Below are positions 50,535 to 64,000 of a DNA stretch of 64,000 nucleotides, piece by piece. The first letter of the stretch is position 1, and the number at the start of each line of letters is the position of its first letter. The notes below the pieces were generated by a model, which made no database searches, was not told the DNA's origin, and saw only the letters and a program-made list of their open reading frames with translations. The position numbers and the translations under genes are program-made. Where the stretch lies: contig CATNEN010000039.1 of NCBI GenBank assembly GCA_950097015.1, positions 19,158,001-19,222,000 of the forward strand. Reading direction: 5' to 3'. The stretch comes from Macrostomum hystrix (Eukaryota; Animalia; Platyhelminthes).

Positions 50535-53500
50535 TTAAAGATGATTAGTAATCAGCCCCATATTGTATAAGGCTGTTACCTGGCAGGCAATACAATACTA
50601 GCTGATACTATAAGCAATATAGACAACTATTGCATAGGGTTACTGTTTTCATCAGTAAACTCAGTAAAAGAACTGCATATCTAATTTAGGCATGAGATTG
50701 TGGTATGGGCTAAAATGTTTCATTAAGATTGAATATGTTAGGCTGTTCCTCTACGTTCGGCATTGTAGCCGCCGTGTCCATAAGCAAGACACGAAAAAAA
50801 AATTGGGACACGGCAGCCGTGTCTATAATAATGTAGCTAATGTGCACCGTGGCCACGGCCGTACGCGATGTCGAAATCGCACGGATCGATGCACGCGTCG
50901 ATGTTCGAAGAAAAATTGCAAACTGAATTTGTCAAGTTCTGGTTTTTAGTGTTAGGACTATAACAATTATCCTCTTTGAAAGTTACCTAATTAGAGAAAA
51001 TTTGCTTTAAAATGCTTTAAAAATTTTAGACTTTTAAAGTTATTTTGAGGTCAGAAACGAAAATTTTGGAATAGTAATACGTCCTATTTTTGTATTTTTA
51101 ATTTCGTTTTTGGAATTTAATTGGTCTACAGCGATTCCTGTAAACTCAAATTAGCATCCGGTTTAATATTAAAAAGGCCCATATATTTATTTCAGTTTCA
51201 TGCGTTTGCCTGAAATAGCCATAGCCCCAAAATAGCCATAGGCCTTTATATAGTCTATAGAGTTTTTCTGGAAAGTGTAAGCTTAACCAGTCCTGTTTTG
51301 CTAAAGTTAGCCTAGCCTAATTGAAGTTGCTCGGCCTTAAACTGAAGTCTCAGGTCAAAGCAGGACAAGCTGTCATTTGTTTTATGTAATTATTTGCTCA
51401 CTTAACCTTGCTACTGGTCGAACTCACTTTGTTTAAATGTACACTTTGTGTTTTTTTCAATGCAACGACTGCTACTAATTTTGTTTCATAAATTTTGTTT
51501 CATGTCCAGATAACCATTCTAGCTAGCGAACTATACTGTAGTGTATTATACGAATATAAGTATAATAGTAACAGTAGAGTGAATTGCTTTTGGGCATTCT
51601 GTATTTAATAAGCCTACTATTTATTTTTTTCTGCTTTGTTATTCACATGATGTGATTGACATGTGCTGGTTCCTTACTAGACACTAGTATTCCTGGGACC
51701 TGACCTTTCTTCTGTTTGGCCATGGCCATGTATTTTTTCATTTCAGTTATTATGGCTTGCTATGTTATCATTGCATGGCAGTTATCATTGCATGGCAGTC
51801 ATACATGTGCAACCTCCCAAGTCTTAGCTGGCCATGTGACTTAGGTTTTGCTCTATTTACGACTTAGTTTGCTCTTATTTGCTCTATTTTTCTCTGCCCC
51901 TTTTCCTCTTCTTCACGCCTTCCTTTTTTGTCCCTTGGTCCCCCTTTGATTTTTTGTGCTTGGTTGATTGGTTTTTGCAACTTGTTTGGCCCTTGTTTCA
52001 CCCGGCCGGTTTGGCCAGGATTGGCTGGGTGTTGCACATATGTGATGGCAGTTATCACTAGCAAGCTAAAATGGATAAACTGGAGTTTTTCATTTTACTG
52101 GAAACAAAACTGAAGGAAATTAGGGTGTTGCATTTTGTATTCCTTAGTTAGGATCATGCTGGCCATATACCAGAAGAAATTTTATATGCTTTCTTCACTT
52201 TACACCAAATTACACAGAGTGGAAAACTTGCCCCAAAGCTTTACTCCAAATATGCAAAGTAGTCAGTATCAAAAAGTGTTTTAAACAGACAATTAATTTT
52301 TTTAATTAATGAGGCAGGCCCAAATTTTATCGTAGAATTATAAGTTGAATTCCCGCCAAATGCTTTTTCCCGATTTTCATTTTGTTATAATACACCGTAT
52401 CATCCACCCCAATTTTGCTATAAATATAGACGCAGTTTTGCCCAAAATCCCCAACCGGTGCCTCGCGCCCAGTTCTAAGCTGAATAAAGGAGAGTAAAGT
52501 TTTCAAAGTGTTCAAAGAGTTCTTATTTAGAGAGAGAGAGGAAAAGCAGGTCCGTGTTCATACACAAGCCAGGAATATTCGAAGGAATAAAGAAGGAGAT
52601 ATTGATCAAAAGCAGAATAGTGTTAAAACTAAAGGAACAGAGGGTAAACTCCCAGATTGGTGACTGGCACTGTGTGCAAAGTTGGACAACTCCAGTCCAT
52701 TGGAAGCCTTGAAGACTGGGAAACCAGAAAGCCAGATAATTGAGAGTAAGTAACGGGAGAAAGAAAGTGTCTTGCCGCTCGGACACTATTGAGAACGCTA
52801 CCATATTGGGAAAAGAAAGCAGCCTATCTGGTTAAGCTTAAAGCAATATATGCATATGAATTAAAAGGAAATTTAATAAGTGAAATTGTAAGGACTGAGA
52901 AGGGTCTATGACAACTTAGTGGCAGCTGTAAGATAAGTAAAGAGACCTACAACAAATTGGTGAAAGCAGTGGGAGTTAAGAAAGGAGCCCTACGACATTA
53001 ATAACATGAAAATATAAAATTAATAAACCAACAATGCTTTACTTTTGTGATTAAAAATATTTATGAACAGTATCAAACAGCAAAAAGGAGACATTAAATA
53101 AAATATATATCAAAGAAACTTTACAAAACAACAAAAATTTCTGCAAAGTTAATGAATTCACTTTACTTTATAGCATAATTGCATAATATGCTGTAACAGC
53201 ATAATTACTTTACAGCATAGTTACAAACAAAGTTATGCTAGGCCTAACAAATTGTTTTCTAGGCCTATTTTATGCAAAACATTGCAGCATTAAATTTATT
53301 TTAGAATATGTGCCCATTTTTAGCTTTGACATTTTATTCCAACTATACCAACATCATTTTGGCATCCATTTTTTAGAAAACTTTGGCATAGACTACTTGA
53401 TATGGACTATTGGTTGTATGTCCTTGTTAATTATGATTATATAAATTATAAATTATAAATAGCTATGATATTGGGCCTAAGTAAAGATTATGAACCAAAG

Positions 53501-54584
53501 GTGGATTTTAGTCTAAAAGTAATAGTAGTAACCAGAATGGATGTACACATGAAATGATATACTGAAACTCTTTTCCTTTGCTTCATAATCCCTAACAAAT
53601 ATTTGTTATATATCATTTTTATAGATAATTCTGGGAGTATTAAGTCATAAATCAAATGTCAAATATAATAGTTTGTTAAGTATAATATTATTTATTTTCA
53701 ATTGTAACTTGAATCTAGGAGCTAATAGTTGATATCTGTAAAATGTCAAAGTAAAGAATGAAATGTATTTATTCATTATTTTTTATTTCTTTATGTTTTC
53801 ATTTATTAATATTTATTTATTCATCTAGTGGAGTTAAATAAACTTTAAGTTAGCATTAAGTTAAAGTATGTTCTTTTAAAGTAACTTGAAAAGAAAAATA
53901 CAAAAAAATGTTTGTAGCTACAGCTAATTAAGAAATATTATCCTCTATATGTAAGCATAAACATTTAGCATAAATTTCTCCATGTTATATTATTTTTGAC
54001 TATTTAGTAAAACTTACTTAGGGCAATTGAGTAAGCACCTTGTGCTATTGAGCACATAGTCACTCAGTTCGCCAAGCTTGTATTAGTTACCAGAATATAT
54101 TAGTATATATATGATTTATTTTGGCATATATAGCAAACTCTTTGGTCCATAGACACAATTTTTTAATGCAGCCTTCAGAATTGATGCACAATAACTTTGC
54201 TTTTGGATGCTGGCTATACATTGTTAAACCATTGTATTAATTTTCCTTTGCATCTATCTACCAAATGTACTTTAAGAACAAAGTAAATAAAAACCACAAT
54301 TGCAGCTAAGAATTGTGCGGAAACACAAAAACATCAGCGTCAACAGTTATCTGCACCCAAGGACCCAGTTTGTTTGTAAAATCCAAGCTTCTGTTGCCAA
54401 GGCTAATAAAGTTATTAAATTAAAGCTTTCATTGACTAGCTTGCCCCAAGAAAATTGATAGACTCTTCAGCTGGCAGGCAATAAGGAAATCGACGCCGAG
54501 GTCGATAAGAGGGCCAGAAGGCGTAGGCATTCACGTCGATCTACCAGGGACCAGCAGCAGCAGCAGCAGCAGCAGCAGGCAACA

Positions 54585-56983
54585 ATGCCAAGCTTTGTAG
54601 CGGCAGTGAGCAGAAATCCTGCCTCTTCTAATAATCCTGGTTCTTCTTTGGCTGCTGCTGCCAGCGAGTTCAGCATTCAACAGGAGGACTTTCCAGCATT
54701 GCCCGGTGGCTCAAATAGCACAATTGGCGCCGCATCTATGATTGGTCGAGGCGATTTTGTTATTGACGACTTGACAGCTGCCGCCTTCTCTATTGACTAC
54801 CTCGGCGGTGGCGGCGGTGGCGGCAGTGTGGGCGGTCGAGTTATTCGCGACCAATTCGGCATGCTTGGCCTGCTTGCATTCATCCGGCTGTGCGAACAGA
54901 ATCGAGAAGAGACTCGCTATATTGGACCTGGAGTTGATCCGGGTAGTGTGGGACTGCCCATGACGCAACAGAGGTGAGCAAACTGCAATCCCTGCTTCTA
55001 AAATCTGCTGATTAGTAGGCGAATTATGGTTGGATAGAAAAAGCATGGGGCAGATTAGGTGAATGGTTTGGGACATCAAGATAATGGCTTTATTACCGTG
55101 CATATTTTAAAACAGAATTCAGTCGAACCTTATAGACTGCTCTTCCGTGTAGAGCTTAGGGCCACGTTTTTGTTTATCTGACCATCGACTGCTACTAACT
55201 GCTAAACTGCAGAATTTATGCCCGGTAGTGCAAAAGTTTAGCATTTGTTTATTAAGTTTAAATAGACTAGCTATGCGCTTTAAAAAGCATATGTTAGGCC
55301 AGTTTAAATTATATTATTCAGTATTTTCAGGTTTCAAGCTAGCTTTCAAGACCCGATTGACCTACTAGCCAATCAGATCTGGTCTTAAAGATAAAAACAA
55401 ATTGACCCACTAGCCAATAAAATCTGGTCTAAAAGATTAAAACAAATTGACCCACTAGCCAATCAGATCTGGTCTTAAAGATAAAAACAAATAGACCCAC
55501 TAGCCAATCAGATCTGGTCTTAAAGATAAAAACAAATTGACCCACTAGCCAATCAGATCTGGTCAATAAAATAAGAACAGATTGACTCGCCAGCCAATTG
55601 GTTCGGGTGTATAAGTTAAGAACAGATTGACTCGCCAGCCAATTGGTTCGGGTGTATAAGATAAGAACTGATTCACTCTCCAGCCAATTGGTTCGGGTGT
55701 ATAAGATAAGAACTGATTGACTCGCCAGCCAATTGGTTCGGGTGTATAAGATAAGAACTGATTCACTCTCCAGCCAATTGGTTCGGGTGTATAAGATAAG
55801 AACTGATTGACTCTCCAGCCAATTGGTTCGGGTGTATAAGTTAAGAACTGATTGACTCGCCAGCCAATTGGTTCGGGTGTATAAGTTAAGAACTGATTGA
55901 CTCGCCAGCCAATTGGTTCGGGTGTATAAGTTAAGAACTGATTGACTCGCCAGCCAATTGGTTCGGGTGTATAAGTTAAGAACTGATTGACTCGCCAGCC
56001 AATTGGTTCGGGTGTATAAGATAAGAACTGATTGACTCGCCAGCCAATTGGTTCGGGTGTATAAGATAAGAACTGATTGACTCGCCAGCCAATTGGTTCG
56101 GGTGTATAAGATAAGAACTGATTGACTCGCCAGCCAATTGGTTCGGGTGTATAAGATAAGAACTGATTGACTCTCCAGCCAATTGGTTCGGGTGTATAAG
56201 ATAAGAACTGATTGACTCGCCAGCCAATTGGTTCGGGTGTATAAGATAAGAACTGATTGACTCGCCAGCCAATTGGTTCGGGTGTATAAGATAAGAACTG
56301 ATTGACTCGCCAGCCAATTGGTTCGGGTGTATAAGATAAGAACTGATTGACTCGCCAGCCAATTGGTTCGGGTGTATAAGATAAGAACTGATTGACTCGC
56401 CAGCCAATTGGTTCGGGTGTATAAGATAAGAACTGATTGACTCGCCAGCCAAGCAGATAATTTCCCATGAATCCGCAGCGACATTCATCCACTGTTAGCG
56501 TCGCCCTTATCCGACTTGTGCCTTCGAAAGCCGCAGTACTCGGATCACCCAGTTCCTGTTGAATACCTAGTCGGGCCGCAGATTCGCGACCGTCTGCCGC
56601 CTCCGCCGTTGGACCAGCTGCCGCTGGAGACCCTGTTCTGGCTATTCTATGCGTGTGCGTGCGACAGGCTTCAATTGTGCGCAGCTAAGCAGCTTCACAA
56701 GCGTCACTGGCGCTGGGTCAAGGCTGACAAACTCTGGCTGACTAGATCTGGTGATACGCACGAACGACTACCTGGTTCTGATGGCGAACGCGGCCGCTAC
56801 CTGTGCTGGGATATGGACACCTGGTCTGTGCAGGCGCGAGATTTAGACATCAAATACGACCAGATTGATGACTCACCTGCCAACTTTCCTGACCCGACTT
56901 CTACTACTGTTCATACTAATAATAATAGTTCAGCTATTGTTGCAGCTAGCAATTCCACCAATGACTATCACCAGCAGCTGTGA
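54585..56983 (+). CDS. CNOT2: CCR4-NOT subunit 2 (short form); exons 54585-54973, 56479-56983
   Basis: EFSIQQEDFPALPG, DQFGMLGLLAFIR, HPVPVEYL...LETLFWLFY...LQLCAAKQLHKRHWRW (NOT box); phase-2 GT-AG intron. Confidence 0.88.
55355..56452. repeat. 45-bp minisatellite (gattgactcgccagccaattggttcgggtgtataagataagaact), CNOT2 intron
   Basis: About 20 homogeneous copies preceded by about 5 copies of a diverged variant. Confidence 0.95.
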
Positions 56984-57189
56984 TCTGGTTACTGATCGAA
57001 TTTTTTGTGCTTCGACACTTTCAGCCATGTAGCTTAGCTCGGAAAGTAATTTTTGTCATCGAAGATTCCCGGTTTAAAAAAACTGAAAGTTAGGTTTCTG
57101 TATGGCCATTAAAATTTAACGGCTAGTTATAATTGTGATACATCAATTGTGCATTTATTTTCTTCGACATCATTTTTTTCTCTCTTAGT

Positions 57190-58420
57190 CGTCGTTTTAT
57201 CCATAGATTATTATCGATCTCTCTGTGGGTCGTAGTTTTTTCCATAGAATAATATCGATCTTTTTGTGGGTCGTAGTTTTTTTCCATAAATTAATATCGA
57301 TCTCTCCGTGGGTCGTAGTTTTTTCCATAGTTTAATATCGATCTCTACGTGGGTCGTAGTTTTTTTTCATAGATTAATATCGATCGCTCTGTGGGTCGTA
57401 GTTCATTTTCCGTAGATTAATATCGATCTCTCCTTGGGCCGTAGTTTTTTCCATAGAATTATTTCGATCTCTCCGTGGGTCGTATTTTTTCCATAGAATA
57501 ATATCGATCTTTTTGTGGGTCGTAGTTTTTTTCCATAGATTAATGTCGATCTCTCCGTGGGTCGTCGTTTTTTCCATAGATTAATATCGATCGCTCTGTG
57601 GGTCGTAGTTTTTTCATAGATTAATATCGATCTCTCCGTGGGTCGTAGTTTATTTTCCGTAGATTAATATCGATCTCTCCGTGGGCCGTAGTTTTTTCCG
57701 TAAATTAATATCGATCTCTCCGTGGGTCGTAGTTTTTTCCATAGATTAATATCGATCTCTACGTGGGTCGTAGTTTTTTTTCATAGATTAATATCGATCG
57801 CTCTGTGGGTCGTAGTTCATTTTCCGTAGATTAATATCGATCTCTCCTTGGGCCGTAGTTTTTTCCATAGAATTATTTCGATCTCTCCGTGGGTCGTATT
57901 TTTTTCCATAGAATAATATCGATCTTTTTGTGGGTCGTAGTTTTTTTCCATAGATTAATGTCGATCTCTCCGTGGGTCGTAGTTTTTTCCATAGATTAAT
58001 ATCGATCGCTCTGTGGGTCGTAGTTTTTTCATAGATTAATATCGATCTCTCCGTGGGTCGTAGTTCATTTTCCGTAGATTAATATCGATCTCTCCGTGGG
58101 CCGTAGTTTTTTCCGTAGATTAATATCGATCTCTCCGTGGGTCGTGTTTTTTTCGTAGATTATTATCGATCTCTCTGTGGGTCGTATTTTTTTCATAGAT
58201 TAATATCGATCGCTCTGTGGGTCGTAGTTTTTTCATAGATTAATATCGATCGCTCTGTGGGTCGTTGTTTTTTTTCCAAAAAATAATATCGATCTCTCCG
58301 TGGGTCGTAGTTTTTTCCATAGATTAATATCGATCTCTCTGTGGGTCGTAGTTTCTTTCCATAGATTAATATCAATCCCTCGGTGGGTCGTAATTTTTTC
58401 TTTAGATAAATATCGATCTG
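57190..58420. repeat. ~41-bp satellite (gatctctccgtgggtcgtagttttttccatagattaatatc)
   Basis: About 30 copies; the variant pattern recurs at ~414 bp. Confidence 0.92.
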
Positions 58421-58583
58421 TCTGTGTGTGGCTGCTTTTTGCAGTTACAAAGGTCTGGGACATTTTTTCAATAAAATAAAAATTATATTTGTGTTTTTAG
58501 GTTTTAATTTTTGCAAATCTGTTCACATTTTCATCCTTTGCAGCACAACAGCGCGGAAGCGCCAATTAATTAACGAAGGAATC

Positions 58584-59875
58584 ATGGAGGCCGTTGCACT
58601 GCACGACTTTACCCCGTCTAATAATGACGAGCTGAGATTCAATAAGAATCAGCTGCTCAAAGTGCTCAGCATGGATGTTGACCCGGGCTGGTATCTCGCC
58701 GAGCTCAACGGTCAAACGGGCCTGGTGCCTAGCAACTATGTGCGCATGGCCGACCACTCCTGGTACGTGCCAAACTGCACTCGAAGCCACGCAGAAGAGC
58801 TTTTACTGCGCCGCGACGCCCGTGGCAATGTGGTACAGCCGGATGGCGCTTTTCTGGTGCGCACCAGCGAGACAACTGCGCCAGACTTCAGCATCAGCGT
58901 CAAGTTTGGCTCGCAGTTGCAGCACTTTAAGGTTTGTTGATTTTTTAGAGCTTTTGCATATTTTAAGCCGGATATTGGATAGAGTAGGGATAATAGAGGT
59001 GAATTTTGATGGAGTGAGGTGGGTATCGATGGAGTGAGACGGGTGTCGAAGGAGTGAGACGGGTGTCGAAGGAGTGAGACGGGTGTCGAAGGAGTGAGAC
59101 GGGTATCGATGGATTGAGGAGGATGTCGATAAAGTGAGGTGGGTGTCAATTAAATGATAAGTGTCTATTGAGGGAGGTGGATGCCAATGGACTGAGGTGG
59201 GTGTCAAGGAAGTGAGATGGCTATCAGTGGAGTGAGGTGGGTGTCATCTAAATGATTTGAATGTCTTTGCCTCTCGATAAAATGAGGTGGGTGTCAATGG
59301 AGTGATGTGGTTGTCGATGGAGTGAGGTGGTTGTCTATGGAGTGAGGTGGTTGTCGATGGAGTGAGGTGGTTGTCGATGGAGTGAGGTGGTTGTCGATGG
59401 AATGAGGTAGGTGTCTAGTGTGCGGTTCTTTATCTTATCAACATCGTTTCCGCAGGTGCTAAAAGACGAGACAGGCAAGTACTATCTGTGGTTCACGAAG
59501 TTTGAAAGCATCAACCAGATGATCCAGTATCATCGCCTGCACTCAATCAGCCAGACCAATAGTGCCATGCTTCTCCGCGACATGGTCGACCCGGCCAGCG
59601 CGGCTTCTGCTAACAATTTTAGTCGAAATCCGATTCCGGCTCCCACCGCGCCGACCACCGCCCTCGCGGCGTCCGCGCCAAAGGCGGTTGGGCCTCAGCG
59701 GGTTGTGGCGCTGTTCGATTTCAATCCGCAGGATCCGGACGAATTGCGATTCCGGCAGAATGACGTCATCACCGTGCTGGGCAAAGAGGACGAAAGTTGG
59801 TGGCTAGGAGAGACGGACGATGGACGTCGGGGAGTTTTCCCCTACAACTATGTGCAGCCGTACAGTAATAATTAA
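58584..59875 (+). CDS. GRB2: SH3-SH2-SH3 adaptor, GRB2/drk/sem-5-like; exons 58584-58931, 59456-59875
   Basis: MEAVALHDF...GLVPSNYV; WY...GAFLVRTSE...FSISVKFG...QHFK|VLKDETGKYYLW; VVALFDFNPQDPDELRFR...GVFPYNYV. Confidence 0.92.
59010..59415. repeat. Degenerate 20-bp minisatellite (ggagtgaggtggttgtcgat), GRB2 intron
   Basis: Tandem copies of variable fidelity. Confidence 0.85.
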
Positions 59876-59984
59876 ACTAAATTCTGGACAATTTCGCACC
59901 GCATGGAATCTTGTACATCTCTTGTTTTCACATATTTTATTTTGAAAAGTAGGTTAATGGTAGTGTTTGCTTGCATAACATTGC

Positions 59985-60288
59985 CAGCCAATCAGAGATA
60001 AGCGAAGGGGTTGGCTAATAACTTTTAGTAAATCAGTAGCCAATTAAATATTAGCGGAGTTAGGGTGGGTGATCTATTCTGTATAGATCGCCCGCCAATC
60101 GCACTCCAGCGGAGTAGGGGTGGGCTGCTTTTGGCGAATAAATAAACAATATTATATAGCAAATCAATGATCGTATCCGTCATTCTTCACATAGAAAATA
60201 CAACAATTTTCTTACTGGTTTATTAGCTCCTTCGTGCCGTTTCTCTTCAAGATGGCTGCTGCTTCTGCTGCCGCTAAAACCAATTTGG
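59985..60288 (+). promoter_or_regulatory. Putative promoter (CCAAT boxes, duplicated agcggagt(t)agggtggg) and candidate first exon MAAASAAAKTNL (ATG 60252)
   Basis: Three gccaat motifs, caagATGgc context and a following GT; downstream exons not identified. Confidence 0.35.
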
Positions 60289-60677
60289 TTTCTAATCGAT
60301 TGTTTTGTTGGCTGCCTGTTCTAATTGCGATTAGAATTTTTTCATTTGTTCTTTTTTATAGAATGAGTCCTCTTTTTTCTGATCATTTTTAGATCACATT
60401 TTCACCGTCTCGCGCTGTCAAAAGATCTGTCCTACCTTTAATAGCAGTCAGATCAGGCCGTTAGATTCTTTGCCTTTTATTGTGTTATTAAAATTAGTTT
60501 TTTAATGTCAAAACGGACAGTGGGATGATTTTAAATCTGCGACTAGGCTATTATAGTTTCGTTACTTGTTCTATGGGCTCTTCACTATATTATTTATTTA
60601 TTTTTGGCCTACCATCGATGAGACACAAGTAAGAATTTTTCTCTGGTTAATGGGTCATGGAAGTTTTTAGCCTCGAA

Positions 60678-62676
60678 AATCCCATTCACAAATTAATCCA
60701 AAGACCCAATATCCCAATTATCCGGTAAGATCCCATTCACAAATTAATCCAAAGACCCAATATCCCAATTATCCGGTAAGATCCCATTCTCAAATTTATC
60801 CCAAGACCCAATATCCCAATTGTCCGGTAAGATCCCATTCACAAATTAATCCAAAGACCCAATATCCCAATTATCCGGTAAGATCCCATTCTCAAATTAA
60901 TCCCAAGTGTCAATTTCCCAATTATCCGGTAAGATCCCATTCACAATTTAATCCAAAGACCCAATATCCCAATTATCCGGTAAGATCCCATTCTCAAATT
61001 TATCCCAAGACCCAATATCCCAATTATCCGGTAAGATCCCATTCTCAAATTTATCCCAAGACCCAATATCCCAATTATCCGGTAAGATCCCATTCTCAAA
61101 TTTATCCCAAGACCCAATATCCCAATTATCCGGTAAGATCCCATTCTCAAATTAATCCCAAGTGTCAATTTCCCAATTATCCGGTAAGATCCCATTCACA
61201 ATTTAATCCAAAGACCCAATATCCCAATTATCCGGTAAGATCCCATTCACAATTTAATCCAAAGACCCAATATCCCAATTATCCGGTAAGATCCCATTCT
61301 CAAATTAATCCCAAGTGTCAATTTCCCAATTATCCGGTAAGATCCCATTCACAATTTAATCCAAAGACCCAATATCCCAATTATCCGGTAAGATCCCATT
61401 CTCAAATTTATCCCAAGACCCAATATCCCAATTATCCGGTAAGATCCCATTCTCAAATTTATCCCAAGACCCAATATCCCAATTATCCGGTAAGATCCCA
61501 TTCTCAAATTTATCCCAAGACCCAATATCCCAATTATCCGGTAAGATCCCATTCTCAAATTAATCCCAAGTGTCAATTTCCCAATTATCCGGTAAGATCC
61601 CATTCACAATTTAATCCAAAGACCCAATATCCCAATTATCCGGTAAGATCCCATTCACAATTTAATCCAAAGACCCAATATCCCAATTATCCGGTAAGAT
61701 CCCATTCTCAAATTAATCCCAAGTGTCAATTTCCCAATTATCCGGTAAGATCCCATTCACAATTTAATCCAAAGACCCAATATCCCAATTATCCGGTAAG
61801 ATCCCATTCTCAAATTTATCCCAAGACCCAATATCCCAATTATCCGGTAAGATCCCATTCTCAAATTTATCCCAAGACCCAATATCCCAATTATCCGGTA
61901 AGATCCCATTCTCAAATTAATCCCAAGTGTCAATTTCCCAATTATCCGGTAAGATCCCATTCACAATTTAATCCAAAGACCCAATATCCCAATTATCCGG
62001 TAAGATCCCATTCTCAAATTTATCCCAAGACCCAATATCCCAATTATCCGGTAAGATCCCATTCTCAAATTAATCCAAAGACCCAATATCCCAATTATCC
62101 GGTAAGATCCCATTCTCAAATTTATCCCAAGACCCAATATCCCAATTATCCGGTAAGATCCCATTCTCAAATTAATCCCAAGTGTCAATTTCCCAATTAT
62201 CCGGTAAGATCCCATTCTCAAATTTATCCCAAGACCCAATATCCGAATTATCCGGTAAGATCCCATTCTCAAATTTATCCCAAGACCCAATATCCCAATT
62301 ATCCGGTAAGATCCCATTCTCAAATTAATCCCAAGTGTCAATTTCCCAATTATCCGGTAAGATCCCATTCTCAAATTAATCCAAAGACCCAATATCCCAA
62401 TAATCCGGTAAGATCCCATTCTCAAATTTATCCCAAGACCCAATATCCCAATTATCCGGTAAGATCCCATTCTCAAATTAATCCCAAGTGTCAATTTCCC
62501 AATTATCCGGTAAGATCCCATTCTCAAATTAATCCAAAGACCCAATATCCCAATAATCCGGTAAGATCCCATTCTCAAATTTATCCCAAGACCCAATATC
62601 CCAATTATCCGGTAAGATCCCATTCTCAAATTAATCCTAAGACCAAATATCCCAATTATCCGGTAAGATCCCATTG
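60678..62676. repeat. 51-bp satellite (ccaattatccggtaagatcccattctcaaatttatcccaagacccaatatc)
   Basis: About 39 copies; the variant pattern recurs every 408 bp. Confidence 0.95.
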
Positions 62677-63696
62677 TCAAATTGATCTCTAATATTCTTT
62701 AAGAATTCGTGTACTAGTAAGAAATTTCCTAAATAATCCCTGATGATACATTTCTCTTTTTTCCTGGAAAGCATATTTTGATTTTAGCGGGTATATTCAT
62801 TTTTTAATCCTGAGATTTGAAATATTTGAATCCTAGACTGTCTAAATAGATCTCCAGTTAATTTCATGCAAAGGAAGACTACTTAAAGTAACTAGGGTCT
62901 AGGATGCAAAACAGTGTTAGCATTGTCGGCAAGAATATGTTGATTTAAAATTAACTTCGCCTGGCTCGATGCCATGACGTGATCAATAGCCATGTTACCT
63001 GTCTTCTATATGTAAAAGGGGGACTAGTTTTGGTCCCTCTCCCAAAAAATTTTGTTACTACACTGCAGGTCAGTTGCAAAATAAAACAGAAAAGTTAACG
63101 ACTTTACCTTGATTTTTGCTGCCCCAACAATGCGCTAATTTGCCTACTGATTAGTAGGCATGTAAGTTTATTGCTATCCTTTTTATCGTTGCCCAAATTT
63201 ACGATAAAATTCTTCAGACTCAAACGATAAGTGTCACCTTCCACACTTTACCAAAAGCAAAATTAACACCTGCCACTTTTGTTGCTGATCGTGTGATAAA
63301 TTTAATTGTTTCTGTTTTTATTGTCCGTTTCAATTTATTCTAGACTTACTTTTCAAACTGCGAACCTATAGACTGATTGAGTTTACTGAGGTACATGTGC
63401 ACTAAATCATTTAGCCATTGTTCTATGCTAATTATTATTGTGTCCCATGTACAGTGTGACTAAGCGAATCCTTTTAATAATTGCAAGCAAAATTATATAT
63501 GCCGTTTTATGTAACACTTTTTAGCTAAGACAAATTAAAAACTACATTTGCTAACTATTCACCGCCTGTATAAACAGGAACTGCTCGTAGCCTTTTGGAG
63601 CACAACTCAAACAGCACTAGCGCTCTAGCCTTCTGCCTACTGTCATTGCTGATCAACTCATTTGCCTTCTTACCTCCTTTTCTATTGCTGTCAATC

Positions 63697-64000
63697 AAAC
63701 CTTCCCTGCTGTCAAACCTTCCCTCCCTGCTGTCAAACCTTCCCTGCTGTCAAACCTTCCCTGCTGTCAAACCTTCCCTGCTGTCAAACCTTCCCTGCTG
63801 TCAAACCTTCCCTGCTGTCAAACCTTCCCTCCCTGCTGTCAAACCTTCCCTCCCTGCTGTCAAACCTTCCCTCCCTGCTGTCAAACCTTCCGTGCTGTCA
63901 AACCTTCCGTGCTGTCAAACCTTCCCTGCTATCAAACCTTCCCTCCCTGCTGTCAAACCTTCCTTCCCTGCTGTCAAACCTTCCCTGCTGTCAAACCTTC
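63697..64000. repeat. 17/21-bp minisatellite (gctgtcaaaccttccct), runs off the window
   Basis: Direct tandem copies. Confidence 0.95.

Noticed and set aside
50600-54400. Scattered short ORFs in AT-rich DNA
   Set aside because: No recognisable domains, splice-consistent structure or element termini found.
55429-62680. ORFs of 15-aa and 17-aa repeats, and CRISPR-like regularity
   Set aside because: Contiguous tandem units with no unique spacers, no cas genes, eukaryotic context.

Overview
Eukaryotic (animal) genomic DNA with spliced genes, replication-dependent histone genes and very dense minisatellites. The style suggests a free-living flatworm such as Macrostomum, but that is an inference. 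Left to right: (1) a 4-exon minus-strand gene, largely missed by the ORF track and running off the window start, encoding a soluble alpha/beta (possibly TIR-like) domain fused to a divergent STING cyclic-dinucleotide-binding domain, which is the most interesting item; (2) two paralogous 6-exon coiled-coil genes flanking an IS630/Tc1-type transposon (148-bp TIRs, TA TSD, frameshifted DD33E transposase); (3) a gap-free head-to-tail trimer of non-autonomous, satellite-carrying Helitrons (13.8-24.6 kb), with further copies at about 42 and 48-50.5 kb; (4) a 9-exon TTC17 gene with a different minisatellite or mobile element in each intron, including a deleted Gypsy-type LTR element; (5) a histone cluster (H2B, H2A, H3, H2B; no H4 seen) with orphan stem-loops; (6) a P/hAT-like MITE (8-bp TSD) containing a nested LINE 3' end; (7) REX1BD-like, CNOT2 and GRB2-like genes and several further satellite arrays. 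Exon structures and family assignments were made by hand translation and remembered motifs, with no database searches.
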